Virus record (IMG/VR): IMGVR_UViG_2537561710_000018
Length of the DNA stretch: 8,074 bases
Source of the DNA: a virus
Lineage: Duplodnaviria > Heunggongvirae > Uroviricota > Caudoviricetes
Reading direction: 5' to 3' (one strand)
Positions 6,796 through 8,074 of this stretch are shown piece by piece. A program made the translations under genes and the position numbers. Under the pieces are notes generated by a model. The model had not been told where the DNA came from and did no database searches. It saw only the letters and a program-made list of their open reading frames with translations. Every line of letters starts with the position of its first letter. The stretch's first letter is position 1.

Positions 6796-7107
6796 TTATG
6801 CTTCAGCCTTATTTCGCAACCAGACACAAACCGGGCCATCTTCCGTATCATGAATGGAACCAATAAACCAGCCATCGCCCTCTGGTCGTTCCGGTTCCCA
6901 TGCAGAAATATCAGCATCACACGCATCAAGGTCAGCACATCCTTCATCTCTGAAGCAGAGGACGTATTGAAGATTATTTTCCTCCATCCAGGCGTTAAAC
7001 TCTTCCGTTGAAATATATTCCCGACCATCACAGAATTTTTCATATTCAGGATGTGTCCAGTAGCCATATCCGTCACGAACTACCGGCATTTCTTTAATTT
7101 CACTCAC
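6796..7107 (-). CDS. Highly acidic, Trp-rich small prophage protein, 103 aa, function unknown
   Basis: GTG start at 7105-7107 preceded by AGGAGG with 6-nt spacing. About 25 Asp/Glu against about 8 Lys/Arg by my count. Chosen over the overlapping 6771-7076 ORF because of the Shine-Dalgarno element and protein-like composition. Confidence 0.5.
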   Translation of the reverse strand: MSEIKEMPVVRDGYGYWTHPEYEKFCDGREYISTEEFNAWMEENNLQYVLCFRDEGCADLDACDADISAWEPERPEGDGWFIGSIHDTEDGPVCVWLRNKAEA

Positions 7108-7327
7108 TGTTAACCTCCTGCAACGCTACACGATACGCCTTCTTTATCCACGCCTTACTGCCATATAATTTCGTCTTCATAATAAACACACCTGCACGAC
7201 TCGCCGATATCCCCGGACAGGTTAACAGCACAGCATCCACCACACGGTTATGCTTCCGAAACTCCATTACAGTACTGCTGATAACCACCTGCCCCACCGG
7301 GCCGTAATCCTGATACAGGATTTTCAC
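7100..7327 (-). CDS. Hypothetical small prophage protein, 75 aa
   Basis: GTG start at 7325-7327 overlaps the upstream stop (GTGA), suggesting translational coupling; stop overlaps the downstream start region. No recognisable motif. Confidence 0.35.
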   Translation of the reverse strand: MKILYQDYGPVGQVVISSTVMEFRKHNRVVDAVLLTCPGISASRAGVFIMKTKLYGSKAWIKKAYRVALQEVNSE

Positions 7328-7605
7328 GCAGACACCCTCCTGTCGAAATAAACGTAGTTATTCACTATGCGCAGCGGCATGCCTAATTTTCTGGCAATTT
7401 CCCTTCTTTGCATGCCTCTCTGATGCAGTTGCCGCGCCAGCTCAATATCACGCTGAGAATATTTTGCCGACGGGTGAAAATCACCACGTAACATCATGCT
7501 GATGCCCAGCTCCCGTGCCTTCGTTCTCACTGCCGCTTCAGTTCGTCCGATAAGTGCGCCAACGCTTTTTACCTTCATCGTTCCCGCACACTGCCGGAGT
7601 ATCAT
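7324..7605 (-). CDS. Putative DNA-binding protein with two helix-turn-helix-like segments (NinH-like?), about 93 aa
   Basis: HTH-like segments GRTEAAVRTKARELGIS and RREIARKLGMPLRIVNNYV. Start placed at internal ATG 7605 (alternative 7578) because the ORF-track start at 7728 would overlap the upstream gene by about 90 nt. Confidence 0.4.
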   Translation of the reverse strand: MILRQCAGTMKVKSVGALIGRTEAAVRTKARELGISMMLRGDFHPSAKYSQRDIELARQLHQRGMQRREIARKLGMPLRIVNNYVYFDRRVSA

Positions 7606-7637
7606 GATTTCCGCCCGGCACCACGTCTTCCACCCAC

Positions 7638-8045
7638 TCACCGCTGCTGTTCTCTGGTGGCGGTAATATCCCGGAGAATATCCCGGCACTTGTTCAGCTC
7701 CCGCAGCGCGGCGCAGACTCGCTCCCACTTCTGAACCTGACCTTTTGCCCGGCGCAGCTCGCGGTTAGCCACATGCAGCGATGGTAAAATCAGACCATCC
7801 GGATGCTTTCTGGTGAACGACGGCTGTGACTGCACTGTGACCGCCACACTTTCCGTTTTTATTTCTTCCTGTGTTTCCGCTTCCCCGACTGGTAACGCAA
7901 CACCTGCTGGCTGAGGAAAGGCTTTACCATCCGTTTCCGTTATGGATGCGGCTTTCGGCTCTGCCGGTAAATCAGCGCCCGGTATGCAGTACCGAAATTT
8001 ACCGCCCTGATTCACGCGAATCAGACGCCCTTTGCTGATTGCCAT
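7638..8045 (-). CDS. Hypothetical prophage protein, 135 aa, with C-terminal predicted coiled-coil/basic region
   Basis: ORF with E. coli-like composition in the same minus-strand string. ATG at 8045 lacks a clear Shine-Dalgarno element and lies 29 nt from the window edge, so the true start may be upstream of the window. Confidence 0.4.
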   Translation of the reverse strand: MAISKGRLIRVNQGGKFRYCIPGADLPAEPKAASITETDGKAFPQPAGVALPVGEAETQEEIKTESVAVTVQSQPSFTRKHPDGLILPSLHVANRELRRAKGQVQKWERVCAALRELNKCRDILRDITATREQQR

Positions 8046-8074
8046 GGCCAGTGATGAATTCGCCCGGCGGGAGG

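Noticed and set aside
6771-7076. ORFs 6771-7076 (-) and 6775-7011 (+) overlapping the acidic protein gene
   Set aside because: The 6796-7107 frame has a strong AGGAGG ribosome-binding site and a protein-like composition; the alternatives lack start signals.
7606-7728. N-terminal extension of the HTH protein ORF (track start at 7728)
   Set aside because: It would overlap the upstream 135-aa gene by about 90 nt and is Ala/Gly/Arg-rich; internal ATGs at 7605 or 7578 are more plausible starts.
1-8074. CRISPR arrays, tRNA or rRNA genes
   Set aside because: No regularly spaced direct repeats and no tRNA-like or rRNA-like sequence noticed anywhere in the window.

Overview
The window is a lambdoid (DLP12-like) prophage segment read on the minus strand: several small early/nin-type genes (7638-8045, 7324-7605, 7100-7327, 6796-7107, 6450-6668), a DUF551-like gene, then a YbcN-like, a YbcO-like and a QuuD-family antiterminator Q gene at the left end. 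Between the DUF551-like gene and the ybcN-like gene sits an AT-rich cargo island of about 4 kb (roughly 1620-5700) whose composition differs visibly from the flanking phage genes. The island carries a two-gene plus-strand operon: a MORC/Hsp90-type GHKL ATPase (463 aa) translationally coupled to an uncharacterised 329-aa partner. Converging on it, with a 33-bp 3' overlap, is a C5-cytosine DNA methyltransferase gene (383 aa) that has all the canonical motifs. I read this as a candidate methyltransferase-linked GHKL-ATPase defence module (restriction-modification-like) carried as prophage cargo. I cannot assign it to a named system from sequence alone; the partner protein has no motif I recognise. 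No rRNA, tRNA, CRISPR array, transposase or integrase was seen. All family assignments are from motif reading and memory, not from database searches, and GC statements are by-eye estimates.
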